Source: Diadema antillarum
Lineage: Eukaryota
Assembly: GCF_040938485.1 (NCBI RefSeq)
Contig: NW_027271715.1
Span: 434,001-498,000, forward strand
Length of the DNA: 64,000 nt
Reading direction: 5' to 3'
In this document: one piece after another, positions 39,024 to 52,000 of the stretch
Layout: each line of letters begins with the position of its first letter
How positions within the stretch are numbered: the first letter of the stretch is position 1
Notes under the pieces: generated by a model
The model's database searches: none
Told to the model about the DNA's origin: nothing
What the model saw: the letters and a program-made list of their open reading frames with translations, nothing else
Program-made: the position numbers and the translations under genes

Positions 39024-39929
39024 GTATATATGTTGTCATGATGTTTCGAGGGAAAGTGAATTCTTCCAGTAAATTTGTTTTCCCGAACTCCTGATCTCAC
39101 ATGGGTTTTAAAATAGTTTAATTTGAAGGTTTGATCAGTATTTCCCATCTACTGTCATTCTTAAAGTGATGAATTATCATGCTTCTACTTCGGAGTCACA
39201 AAAAGAGAAAGTTATCATCACAAAATACATTAGCTATATATGTCGCTTAACGACTACAAATATATTACAAGACGCATGATCTACTTAACGATAAATGATA
39301 CTGCAGAAATAGACTTCCATATCAGGACACTGAAGGATTACTTGTGCCCAGTTAATCTCTTACTTTTCTTAAATGAAATAAGTGATGGATGTGCTGATTG
39401 TAAATTTTCGCAGTGGGTTTTTCTTTACTCCGTTGTGTTTCCACACTCTAGAAAAAAAAATGAAATCGTAAATTGATATTGTCACCCCTAAATTTTTTTG
39501 TGTGTGAATGTTAAACACTTCACATCAACACTCAAAATGTTTGATTTACCATTTCTGAAATGGCAGCTCAACATTTTGAGTGTTAAATCTAATTTAACTA
39601 AAGGGTTGAGGTGTGACTGCAATTAGAATGTTGATTTATCTTTGCATTTTTAGAGTGCACTGCATTCGCATTTGGTCTCATTGTGTTGATATATCTCTGA
39701 TATTTGTCGTATTGCTGGCAGGTTGTTTCTACTGAGTGAGAAGGACGGAGCCCAAACAACAATCTACTGTGCCATTGACGAATCGGTCACACAACATAGC
39801 GGTGGATATTTCGCAAACTGTCAGCTGGGCAAGGAGTCTAAGTTGGCCAAGGACATGACGCTCTCCAAACAACTCTGGGATGTCAGCTGCGAAGCGACTG
39901 GCATCGACCCTAACAAACTCTCGGCATGA
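33491..39929 (+). CDS. RDH copy 3: RDH11/12/13/14-like SDR, 5 exons, 351 aa
   Basis: Exons 33491-33692, 36661-36903, 37294-37503, 38413-38605, 39722-39929; GT-AG, phases compatible, 1056 nt; TGANAGIG, NNAG, YTKSK. Confidence 0.93.
34686..34850 (+). mobile_element. SINE-like central/3' domain ending in an (AAT)n tail
   Basis: CTCTCGACCCAGGTGTATAAATGGGCACC is a motif recurrent in invertebrate SINEs, followed by a 3' end shared with 6745-6830 and an AAT-rich tail. Confidence 0.45.
37934..38019. mobile_element. hAT-like MITE (CAGGGGCGGATCCAG family), orthologous to 55953-56108
   Basis: CAGGGGTGAATCCAGG...CTGGATCCGCCAGAT at the same intron-3 position in copies 3 and 4; flanks TTGTAA/TTGCAA. Confidence 0.6.
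39444..39657. mobile_element. CACTCTA...TAGAGTG MITE, 2-bp TSD CA, shared by copies 3 and 4 (57495-57727)
   Basis: CA|CACTCTAGAAAA...TTTTTAGAGTG|CA in intron 4 of both copies; not seen in copy 1 or 2. Confidence 0.65.
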
Positions 39930-41049
39930 AATTTGTTTCTTCGTGGGGGAAAACGGAACCTCGAGACATTGAATTGTTTCATGATAAATATTAATTATGT
40001 TTGAATAAGTATATCTACTGCATCAGTTGATATGGGAAACTGTCTTTACTGTCGGATGTAGGGTGGTGTATATTGCATTGCTACATTTTTATGAAAATGC
40101 ATGGTTTGGAAGGTCTCGTCTACTGCGGCAGCCGTTGAGGGTATGTTAACCTGTTATTTGTTCATGGTATGCTGGTACGCTACTTACTACTCGTTACTAA
40201 TTAAAATCATCAGTGCACTATTGATGACTGGTTGAGTTCACTCCATGAATCGGTGTTTCTGTTGGTTTGTTTGTTTGTTTTATGTCTATCAGGGAGATGG
40301 AAAGAGATTCTATGTACCTCCCTGGTACAATAGAGCACGTGGTTTTCTTAGCATTAGTTGCATGCCTAAAAACGAAGACTACATGAATGACAGAAATGCT
40401 GATGATTAGGTAATCCCTCCAAGCCACCAGCAGCGTAAAAAGAAGAAGTTACATTGCATTCAGATTTGTGGCTGATATCAATATTCATACTTTACCTCCT
40501 TCCTTACCCAAGGAAAGGCATCAATCAATCAATCAATCAATCAATTTTTATTTTCCACAAATTTTCCACAAATACAATCATTATACATACAGTATGATAA
40601 TGGACCTAGGTCCATGGTATGACAAAGATATGCAAGTTTGTACATCACATACGTGTATGCAAGAGCAGAAAAAAATGTATAAGCACCGTGATAAGCTTGT
40701 TTCAGACACAAAAGAAGAAAAAGGAAAAGAAAAAAAAAGAAACCCTTCATCAAAATGAAAGTCACAAATTAATAAAGTTATTAAATCCTCCCATCCTTCA
40801 CACCTGGCTATTGTGCTATTGCTTCCCCCTCCCCCCCCCAAAAAAAAAAAAACCAAAAAAAAAAAAAACCACACAAACAAACAAACACCAAGTGTGTTCT
40901 TCAAACGCTGTATTTACGAACTCTTCTCCGACTTAACTTCCCCAATATAGTAGAGCAGATAAGCCGAAGAATTGAGCAAAATTTGACTAAAGCATGAAAC
41001 TTTCACCATTGTTAGTACATGCTATAAGATTAATGTTAAGATCGGGAGG

Positions 41050-41450
41050 TAAGTCTGAATTGACCTCTGATGACCTCTAGAGGTCAATGACCTCAAAATC
41101 TAAGAAAATTGATATTTTGCGTCATTGGTTAATGATAAACACAGTAATGATGTACTAAAACTTAATTTTTGTCACAGTGAAATTGTCTTTATGTTCCGCA
41201 GAGCCCTGACAGGTTTCTACCTTTGACCTCTGATGACCTCCAGACGTCAATGACCTCAAAATGTCAGAAAATTGATATTTTGCATCATTGGTTAATGATA
41301 AAACACAGTAATGATGTACTAAAACTTAATTTTTGTCACAGTGATATTGTCTTTATATTCCACAGAGCCCTGACAGGTTTCTATCTTTGACCTCTGATGA
41401 CCTCCAGAGGTCAACGACCTCAAAATGTCAGAAAATTGATATTTTAATGC
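41050..41450. repeat. About 163-bp tandem repeat (about 2.5 units) at the junction between the copy-3 and copy-4 blocks
   Basis: TGACCTCTGATGACCTC recurs at 41061, 41224, 41388. Confidence 0.8.
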
Positions 41451-42068
41451 GTCACTCATAACTGAAACACGATAATTATGTAATTATTGAATGCAACCAA
41501 AGAAGCACTTTGTTTGCCATCACCTGGTGGACTGCTCCATACTTTTCCACCACGGCGGAAAAGACTGCGCTTTGAAAAAAAAACAAACAAACAAACAAAC
41601 GATGATTAGTTTAGAAACATCTAAAACTGAAGGTTTGTTTTACGCAAGCCCTATAGATATACTAGTAGTATATAAATGAATAATTCGTTTTTATTACACA
41701 GTGACACCCCAGCGCATAAATATGAGAACTCTAATTTACATTGCTTTATTTGGAAAGAACTACGATTGAAAGAAAACACATTCATGTAGTTACTGGCGCG
41801 AAAAGGTTTTGAGTCTTTTCTTGAAAAGAGGTAATGAGGTCTCCATTCTCAGTTTCAAAGGCAATGAGTTAAAAGAGAGAAGAGCCAGACTGGGTGAAAG
41901 ATCTGTTGCCCCATGAATGATGGTTGCTGGGAACTCGAAGGGTATGAGCAGGGGATGATAAACCAAGCATTCAGTAAACTGTCTTCCGTAGGAGAGCGAT
42001 GCTTGCGCGACAAATTTAACAACTTACTTAAATCTCACTTCTCTGGAAAAAGTGGAAATGTGATTATA

Positions 42069-42113
<45 letters not shown>

Positions 42114-42454
42114 CATACATTATCCAATATATATATGATACATATATATATATATATAATGTGAGAGATAGTTCCCTGGGTCCCGAACGTGCGCGGTGCC
42201 GCATTGTTGGCTGCATAATAATAATATTGAAAGAAATTGGACTGAGGCGGGACGTTGCTCTCGATCTTAGTCTCCCTTTTATTTGTCAAGCTTTCTATAT
42301 ATATATATATATATATATATGTACATATATATATATATATATATAATATTATATTCATAAAATTATACTTGTGTAAAATTACATCCCATCACATAATTAA
42401 TTGGATCCGATATCCCATACTGTAGTCACATTCAGTTCTTCAGAGAAGTGCTAT

Positions 42455-43838
42455 ACTATGAGTGTCTGCAGTAAATCATCCTACTTCTATCAACTCAACA
42501 GCCATATCCTGCAGCACGTTCACGACATCCGTTACCTAGGAGTCACTATCTCTGACGACCTGAAGTGGGAGAAGCATGTCGCAAAGACCACGCAAAAGGC
42601 GAATTGGGTTCTATCCCTCCTTCGGAGAAACCTCTACTTCTGCCCTGTCAACGTTAAAGGACAAGTTCACCTTCATAAACATAAGGATTGAGAGAATGAA
42701 GCAATATTAGTAGAACATATCATTGAAAGTTTGAGGAAAATCAGACAATCCGTTCAAAAGTTATGAATTTTTGAAGTTATTGTGCAGTACCCGCTGGATG
42801 AGAAGACTACTGCAGTGTATGAATAACTTAGATGTCACATGCGTACAACAATATAAGGAAAATATAAAGAGAATTTCACAAAATTCCATCTTTTGAAAAA
42901 CGTACACATTCCCCTGACTCCTTACCGACAAATGTTATGGGTAATATTATTCCCCCTACCTTTAGAAAGAGGCAAGTCAAGTGCTCTTTTATTATGCGAA
43001 AAAAGTGAAAATATGTTGAATTTTCTTTTACATTTTCTTTATACTGTTGTACGCATATGACTCACAAGCTGTAGTAGTCTCCTCATCCAGCGGTTCCAAC
43101 ACAAAAATTAAAAAAATTCATAACTTTTGCATCGATTGTCCAATTTTCCTCAAACTTTCACTGATGTGTTCTACTAATATTGTTGCATTTTCTCAATCCT
43201 TATGTTTATGAAGGTGAACTTGTCCTTTAAGCGAACTGCCTATACTTCACTCGTTAGATCACTCCTTGAGTACGGTGCCACTGCCTGGGACCCATATCTA
43301 CAAAAGGACATAAACAGACTTGAAAGTGTCCAACGAAGAGCTGTCCGATTCATAACAGGGGATTACGTGTCCAGAGATGACGGCTTTATCACAAACAAGC
43401 TGGCTGAACTTCGTCTCCCAAGCCTGAAGGAAAGAAGAAGGAATCTCAAGCTCACCCTCTTCTTCAAAGTGGTCGGGGGGCTGGTGCCAGCTCTCCCAAT
43501 TCAAACCTTTGCTCAACCTAAAAAACTTAGACGACGTATCCGTGTTAAGCAATTCACAAACTGCGATACTGTAAATATCTTAGACAGACAAGTGACAAAA
43601 AATAACAGTAAGTGCTTTTAATCAAATAAGAGCACAAACAGAACAATTCAGAAACTCATTCTTCCCGTCTACTGTCATCGAGTGGAACCACCTGAGTGAC
43701 GCCACTATTAATTCGCCATTAATCGCCTCATTCAAAAAGGCCATTGATAGAATTTTCTAATCACCCCTGCGCCCTCTCATCCGATGCGTTATGCCCAGTA
43801 GGGCCCTGCATCGTAAACATCCAGATCCAGATCCAGAC
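42455..43838 (+). mobile_element. 5'-truncated CR1-group LINE interrupted by a Kolobok-like MITE
   Basis: YLGVTISDDLKWEKHV...LLRRNL...NVK|RTAYTSLVRSLLEYGATAWDPYLQKDINRLESVQRRAVRF; the frame is restored when the MITE is removed. (ATCCAG)n tail at 43818-43838. Confidence 0.85.
42658..43226. mobile_element. Kolobok-like MITE, TTAA TSD
   Basis: TTAA|AGGACAAGTTCACCTTCATAAACATAAGG...CCTTATGTTTATGAAGGTGAACTTGTCCT|TTAA (about 29-bp perfect TIR). Confidence 0.9.
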
Positions 43839-44261
43839 ATGTAGCCGAGTATAATCTTGTGATTGTGTGTGTGTGTGTGTGTGTTTGTGTGTGTGTGTTT
43901 GTGTGTGTGTGGGTGTGTGTCGTCAGTTTGGTGTCAGAAACTGTGTTCATTGCAATGGTCGAGGAAGGTATAGAGGAACTACCACATTGTTTCCATGAAC
44001 AAGTGCAGTCCCAGACCAGTATCACATAGTTCTTTTTTATTATATAGCTGTGTCCAGTTCCTAAAGTGAATGTATTATCATTGTTCCCGTTCCTCAGCCT
44101 GAAAAAAAAATCTGAATTATTCGATCAGTGGTATGCCAAATTCTCTATAGAGACTAAAGTTGTTAGAATCAACATAAAATAAATAAAATATCATACCTGA
44201 AGTATATTACAAACCTGGAAAACATGGGCCATAGAATGCGTTTCTGATGTCTTATTTTTAA

Positions 44262-44622
44262 AGGCACAGTTTACCATGGGGAGCAGTGTTTTAAAAAGTT
44301 CGAGTTATCACGTTAGATCCATATGTGTAGGTCAGTTGTATCACAAAACATCCTACCATATTCAAACTTCGCTATTAAACCTATAATATAAGGATACATC
44401 AATGTTTTTCTTATTAAACCATAACTGTTGACGAGCTATTCCAGAAACAACTTTATTATAACTACTTTTCTATCTGTTACATATTTAATAATATCTAACA
44501 TTTATTATCTTGATTAAAATTTGTGTATTGGTTGTTTCTATATCTGTAACTCACATTTAAGAACTATTTTGAAGGACTAAAGCTGGCTTTTTTTTTTCAT
44601 CTACAAATGGTAAATAATACCT
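44262..44622. mobile_element. Kolobok-like MITE about 260 bp upstream of the copy-4 ATG
   Basis: TTAA|AGGCACAGTTTACC...GGTAAATAATACCT|TTTAA; its 3' part also precedes copy 3 (33140-33225). Confidence 0.55.
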
Positions 44623-44878
44623 TTTAAGTGAACGGTTGATCAGTCACGATCACAGTGGATAAGACTTTCCGAGTTGAATAGAAGTGCAGTGATTCTGATA
44701 GCCCTCCTTGGAATGGAGAAATGGTTTTTGCTGCAACACAAGAGGCAGTATAGTCAAGGAAGGTGTCTAACGTTACTGCGTCACATCACTCTATCTAGCT
44801 TGCAACACACACAAAACCAGGGAACGCAGAGCACAATATCAGCATTAAACCTGGTTGATAATTGGATTGCATCTCATA

Positions 44879-47800
44879 ATGGATCTTTTCAGAGACAAAC
44901 TTTCTTACTGCTCAGAGTTGGTTCATCAAGGCACGAACTGGTTTTTAGTCGCTCCGTTATCGGTTCGTGTCTCTGGATTTCTCGTCGCTGCGTACGGGGC
45001 ATACCGGGTTTGGTTCTATGGATCGACCAGGCGCGTCAAGAGCAAGGCTCGTCTGGATGGTAAAACTGTCATCATTACAGGTAACTAGACATATCGATAT
45101 ACTCAATACGCCTTTGTTTTATTCCGATACCACCGTCATATTCAACGCCATCCTTAGTTCTATATCTCTATTCTTTCTCTTCTTCTACACTTATCTGCAT
45201 TTTTCTCTAAGGTTAGCATTATCAATGGCTCGTGACCGACGGTAACGCTTCTTTCAATTGTGATCCATTTTTATATCCCATGCACACTGGCGTAGCCAGG
45301 GGGGGGGGGGGGGATGATGGGGGCGATCGCCCCCCCCCCCCCCTAAGATTTGGACCGGGGATTTGGGAGGCGGAAAAAAATGCGTGTATACTGTATATGC
45401 ATGCACATGAAGCGGGTCTCCTTTTCAACCTTTCATCAAATAAGATATTTTTTGAATATTTCACTCAAAGTGTGCACCAGATCGTTGAATTTCAATTCAA
45501 AATATGCAAAATCTCTCGTGCTTGGGAGGGGGATACCCCCTCCCAAACCCTCCCCCTCTGTGCCCCTTTCCCTAGCTTAGTACACTTTTTAGATTTACAA
45601 AAAATTATGAATAATTCTGAGTGCACAAGACTTATCACTTACATTCCGAAAACTCAAGGTTCCTGTCATGTATAAGGGGAATTTCCCCTTTTAATCGACC
45701 CTTTCCTCCCTCAGCCCCCTCCCCCAATCAGTTTTAACACTCGCCCACGCCTTCTCCCTGCTCCCCCCCCCCTTCCACCATGCATAGAAGTATAGACTGT
45801 GGCTATACCCAGATCGCTTTATTTCAATTCTAAAAACGCAAAAGCTCCGCGAGCGGGAGGAGGAATCCCCCTTCCTCTATATACCTCACTAGACTTTATA
45901 CATACACACAGATGGTGCACATTCGGAATAAGAGCTAAATTCCGTGATTTTATCACTTCGATGAAAAAGTATTGCACCAAAAATTTGCAACAGATCGCTG
46001 AATTTCAGGTCTGAAAACGCAAAATCACCTTCGTGTGGCAGGGGATATGCCCCTATCTACACCCTCGTGTGCATGCTTTTTCTGTTTGACTGCTGAACAG
46101 ACGGTATTCATGATATTCAGTGTAAGAATATTAATACAAGAAGATTATCTAAATGATACCATTTTATAGGCAAATTGTTCAATAATAATATACACTAAAT
46201 TATACTGCAACTTTCAACAAGTGGGACTGTTTCATCACGTTAAAACACACAAAAACATGCATCAAATTGCACCATTTGCAACATCAAAATGCAAAAAGTT
46301 CTCACCGTGGGAGGGGGTACACCCCCTCCCACACCCTCCCCTCCCCCTTCACTCGCTCCACTCGCTCGGGTTCAGTCGCGTTCATGATATTCAGTGAAAA
46401 AAATTAATACAAGAAGTGTATTTTACGTATACCATTTTATAGGTAAATTGTTCAATAATAATCTACACTAAAATATAATGCTACCTTAAACAAGTGGGAC
46501 TGTTTCACATCGATAAAATGCGCAAAAACATGCATCTAATTGCACCATTTGCAACATCAAAATGCAAAAAGTTCTCACCGTGGGAGGGGGACACCCCCTC
46601 CCACACCTTCCCCTCCCCCCTCGCTCGCTCCGCTCGCTCGGCTTCAGTCGCGTTCATGATATTCAGTGAAAAGAAGTAATACAAGAAGTGTATTTAAATT
46701 ATACCATATTATAGGCAAATTATTCAATGATAATCTACATCAAAATATACTGCAACCTTAAACAAGTGGGACTGTTTCAACTCGTTAAAACACGCAAAAA
46801 CATGCATCAAATTGCACCATTTGCAACATCAAAATGCAAAAGGTTCTCACCGTGGGAGGGGGGACACCCCCCTCCCACACCCTCCCCTCCCCCTTCACTC
46901 GCTCCGCTCTCTCGGGTTCAGTCGCGTTCATGATATTCAGTGAAAAGAGTTGATACAAGAAGTGTATTTAACTGATAGCATTCTATAGGCAAATTGTTCA
47001 ATAATAATCTACATCAAAATAAACTGCTACCTTAAACAAGTGGGACTGTTTCACGTCGATATAACGCGCAAAAACATGCATCAAATTGCACCATTTACAA
47101 CATCAAAATGCAAAAAGTTCTTACCGTGGGAGGGGGGACACCCCCCTCCCACACCCTCCCCCCCCCCCCCCCCCCCCCTCGCTCGCTCCGCTCGCTCGGG
47201 CTCGGTCGCTTCGCTCCCTCGCAGACTAACCGCCCCCCCTAAGATGAAATCCTGGCTACGCCGTTGCCCATGCATGTAATCTTGGTAACGGGCTGACCCT
47301 ACGTCAGAGAGAGGAGCTCAGCACCCTCCACCCCCCTAGCTGTCTGTCTTCTCGTTCTGTCTTCACCCTTTCCGCTATTCTTCTATCAACACTTCTCTTC
47401 CACGATGTCTCTGCCTACTAGGCTAATAATAATTAACACCTAGGCCGATAAGACAACTAGAGGCGCCTGACCCCGGGAAAGGCCAAGACATCACCGGCGT
47501 CGGCGGGCGGGTCCTATACCTGCTTTGCCGACGGGAACGGCGTAACCCTGCATTTCTCTCGATGCAGGAGTAGGCAGATGACATCATTTCCGGAACCCTG
47601 TCCCCTTCCTTCCGATGTATATATATCACTGTAAATATGAAAATAAATGTAATTTGGTTTTCTGTAAATAATTTAAAGTAGTTTAGGTTTTTATAATTAA
47701 ATTTCAGGCATATCTGAATAATTATATTTTTTGGAGCAAATTGCCCACCCGGCAGAGAGCTCCACAATCTAAAACAACAACAACAACAACAACTAGACAT

Positions 47801-49000
47801 ATCGAACTTCTGTAGCAGGGCTAACATTAGGCCTACCGTCTGCACGAAGGGTAATGAAATACCATGGTGTACATCGGCATCACTTCCGGGCTGGTTTAGG
47901 CAAGACTTGGGAGAAACAGAGTATAGATTTTCAACTTGTGTTTCTGTCTGGTGAGATTTTTCTATTTCGAGAGAGGTATTATAGGATTGGAAGAGGTGCA
48001 GACGATTAAGGTGTTCTTATCTGCAAATAAACTATATAGACACATTTTTAATCAACATTAAATGTAAGCGGGCAGAAAGGTCAAACACAGAGGAGAAAAT
48101 TGAATGAGAACAGGAAATTTTATAATGGATACAGTGATTATTTAAAGTCCTAGTCTAAAAGGGTATCTGTTAATAGCTGTCCATGTATTTCTAGACAAAG
48201 AAGTCGACATAATTATGTACTGTCAAAGGTAGATGAATATTTTCATTGTAGTCCATTTCATCGTCATAATAGAGACTGCAATTAGGCACAGAGACAGAAG
48301 CACAGAGAAAATTCTGAGATAGATTGGTGTTGAGCTACTTTCCAGAGTGTCCTCGATTTTATCTTCGCAAAACGCTATAAAACCACATCCCTGGTGAACT
48401 ACACATAGAAACTGGTTGAAAGAAACGAGAGAAATTTATTTCTGTATAGGTTTTTCACATTGTCACATATACGATCACCACACATCACACAAGTCCTGGG
48501 TGATGGGATATACTCAGATCCCGTCGGGTCTTTCCTTGAAGAACGTTTGAATAATCCCGGTACGTCAGGCCTATTCTGTCTGTCTGGAAAGCACGAATTA
48601 TCGATAATGACAGGTTACAGCACAGTAGTTTTACTAAAGGACGTCGTCTTCAGGGGCGGATCCAGGAATTCTGTAAAGGGGGGGGGCGTGACTAATATTT
48701 CTGGTGCCACTTCCGGGTTTCATTTCATTTTTGTCTTTTTATTTTCTTTGTTTTTGACGAAAATTAAAGGGGGGCGTGCGCCGGTTGCGCCCCCCTCTGG
48801 ATCCGCCACTGGTCTTGAAGCTTGCCGCCATCAGGCATTGAGATTTTCTCCCCCTATTTTGTTTCCTCAACAGCCTTTCAAAGTTGTATAATCGCATTTA
48901 AGTTTAGAGGCCTTGAGCCGAGATTTGATGTTTTTACCAGCAATGTCCCTCTCGACCCCGGTGAATAAAACCTAATCATAATAATAATACTAATAATGAT

Positions 49001-49044
<44 letters not shown>

Positions 49045-52000
49045 TAATAATTGTAGTGATTATTATTATCATCATTAATATTATAATAATAATAAAAATA
49101 AAGGACATTTATATTGCCCAGCTATTATGATAATATACTTTACTGTGCATTACAAAATGACATACATACAAGAAATTAAAACAGAAAATGCATTACTTCA
49201 AGAGATGACTTTTTAACCTGACCTTAAACTCATTAATTGTAACTGCTTGTCTTCCAAACAAAGGGAGATTATTCCATAATTTTGGTGCAGCGTACAAAAA
49301 TGCCCTGTCACCAAGAGTAACTTTTGATTTCCCTGATGGATATTTCAATAATGTTTGATCCCGTGAACTTCGAAGGTGATAAAATGTTTGAAATAATGTT
49401 TTTTTAACTCTACAAGTTCCAGTATGTACACTGGTGCTGTACCATGAAAGCTCTATATACAATTAGCAGAGTTTTAAATATGATTCTCCGCTTTACAGGC
49501 AACCACTGTAATGCACGTAATAATGGACTACAATGAGAAAAACGAGGAGAATTACAAACTAATCTAGCACATGCATTTTGCACCCTTTATAGTTTACCTA
49601 ATTGATTATCAGATAAGCCGTAAAATAAACTGTTACAATAATCCAATCTGTTTGTGACAAACGCATGGATAATTTTTTCAGTACTTTCTCGTGTCAAATA
49701 CTTCCGAATAAGTGCAATATTAAACAAATGATAAAATGAATTTTTACATACTTCAGAGATATGTCTGTCAAAGGCTAGGCGTGAATCAAACCACACTCCC
49801 AGATTCCGTGCAGAATCAACAGGATAAATATCAACATCAATCACTTTCAGGCTTTCAGTGCGTAATTTTGAAACTTGCTGTTGAGCGCCACATATTACAA
49901 ATTCAGTTTTCTTATCATTAAGTAGAAGATTACTGGATAATAACCATTTGTGAAGATGCACAATACATCGCTCTATAATGGACACATAATAATTCTCATC
50001 TGCTGCAGTAGGTGAAAAAGATATGTACAGCTGTGTATCATCCGCATAGGTATGACACATTACTTTCTGGGAAATTGTGTTGGATTTCATGGAACAACTA
50101 GCATACAAAGTAAAGAGAAGGGGACCCAGGCAGGAGCCTTGGGGCACACCCCAGGATACATCAAACTCCTTATTATTATTAATATTATTATTATCATCAT
50201 TATCACTATACTATTATCATTATAATTCTTATCATACCGTTATTATCAGTATTACTATTATTAGTATTTAGTATTCGTTGTAATTTTGGTCTCGAATGCT
50301 GAGTGAAAAGAAACAAGTGGGCATTTGGGATCTTTTCTCAATCTTCGTTTGAAAGTATACTGGGTCACTTAATCAGCTTAACTGTCTGGTTTATCTGAAC
50401 AATGTGTTTGTGCATATGATCATACAAAGAGTTAGTTTACACAAATGAGATAACATAGATTTGTTGGAGTCCGTTTATGGAATCCATTGGATGATGATAC
50501 CAAAAGTAAAACTACTCTCAATAAATTTAAAAGGATGTTAGAGTGTTTTTTTTTTCTTTTATTTAGGAATTATCTACATACGTATATATACGCTTTTACT
50601 CTCTACAGAATTTCATCGAGAACTGTGATTATTACCGTATATACCTTATTTCTTTATATTTTCCACTTTGATTCTATCTGTATGAAGGTGTTGTGTGAGA
50701 GAGGGAGCTTTGCTTGCATGTCTGTATGATTTTATCCGTTATTCATTGTTACATTGCATTTGTTTAATTGTAACGAGGGCCCCAATCAGAAGTATCATTT
50801 TGCTTCTTATGTGGCCCTTTCACAGTATTTTTCTATGTGATTTTATGGTCAAATAAAGTCAACTTAACCCAATAAACATAGTCACGTGTGTATGTACACC
50901 TGATAAATGTTTTCACACCTGACTAATGTTTTCCCAATAGCCTCAAAATAGTCATTTTGAGAGGCGTATGAAGAATCACATGCAAGACGTTAATGTACTA
51001 TACCATAAAAGGCACAAAAGTACTTTTTCATGGTCTCAGGAGGGCCGGTGGTTTCTTTACAGCTGATTGATAGACCTATGTACCATACCCGCAACAATAG
51101 CTTTGGCCTTAATAGGGAAAACACAGTTATAAATTGGCTTCAGGTTTCCAACGGTTTTTTAATGTCTTTTGTTGAGATAATGAGAAACCTCTTATGAGAT
51201 ATGGAACGAGCGAACAATTCTTAAAGGAATTCTAAGTTGTTTTTGATGAAAATTGGTTTTGAAAGGGTTCAGATATCCAAAACAAAATGTTCCTATAAAG
51301 GTGGGACCCACAAAGGGGGACCAGCCTTTTATCAGGATCCCTTTTTTGTCTTCGAATATCTTCAATTTCAAAACCAATTCCATCAAATAAACATTGAGTT
51401 CCTCTTAGAACTGTATGCCTTGTGATATTTAATAAAGCGATTTTCAAGTATCTCGCAAAAAGTCAAAGGCTGAATCATTACCTCAACTAAGACTATACCA
51501 CCCCTTTAACATGATTAGAATTGGGAATGATTTGAGTTGGGTGGAGAGTCGCGAGGGTAATCTGAAACAGCTTGTCATTGTTCATTCTGGGCACTTGTCA
51601 GAACAGTCTGACCTTTCTCAGCATGATGATGTTGATTAATCCTTCTTTAGATTCCACCTCCTCCTCCTCTCATCGTTTGTCATTTTAAGGGAACTAGCTC
51701 ACCCTTCTGCTATAAATGTGCAGCACTAACGTCCGAATTAAGCTTTATCATTATGTAATAACGTTTGTAATATCCAGCCACCTTATCGAAGCGTAATATT
51801 TTTGATGGATGCTGTTGCCAACGATCAGGCAATCATCATGGTATTCAATATTATGTACCGTTATCCTTCAGTCAGTCCGGCAGTGCCTTTTTCTTCCAGG
51901 CGCCAATGCTGGCATCGGACGCGAGACAGCCGTGGACCTAGCCAGCCGAGGGGCGCGGGTTATCATGGCTTGTCGCAACCCGACCAAAGCCCAAGCAGCT

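Larger units (their letters stand above)
31740..40945 (+). repeat. Segmental duplication unit (copy 3 block), duplicated as about 41490-60085 (copy 4 block)
   Basis: Upstream flank (31740-32790 vs 41490-42440), exons, introns and 3' flank (39930-40945 vs 58008-60085) align colinearly. Confidence 0.85.

Noticed and set aside
46494-47279. Repeated short ORFs (MHQIAPFATSKCKKFSPWEG) as a peptide family
   Set aside because: They derive from the 273-bp tandem units of the hAT element; frames break between units and no splice logic is seen.
47455-47575. Hammerhead or HDV-like ribozyme call
   Set aside because: CTGAC...GAAA lacks the CUGANGA core and the P1-P4 nested pseudoknot could not be built; kept only as an unspecified hairpin finding.
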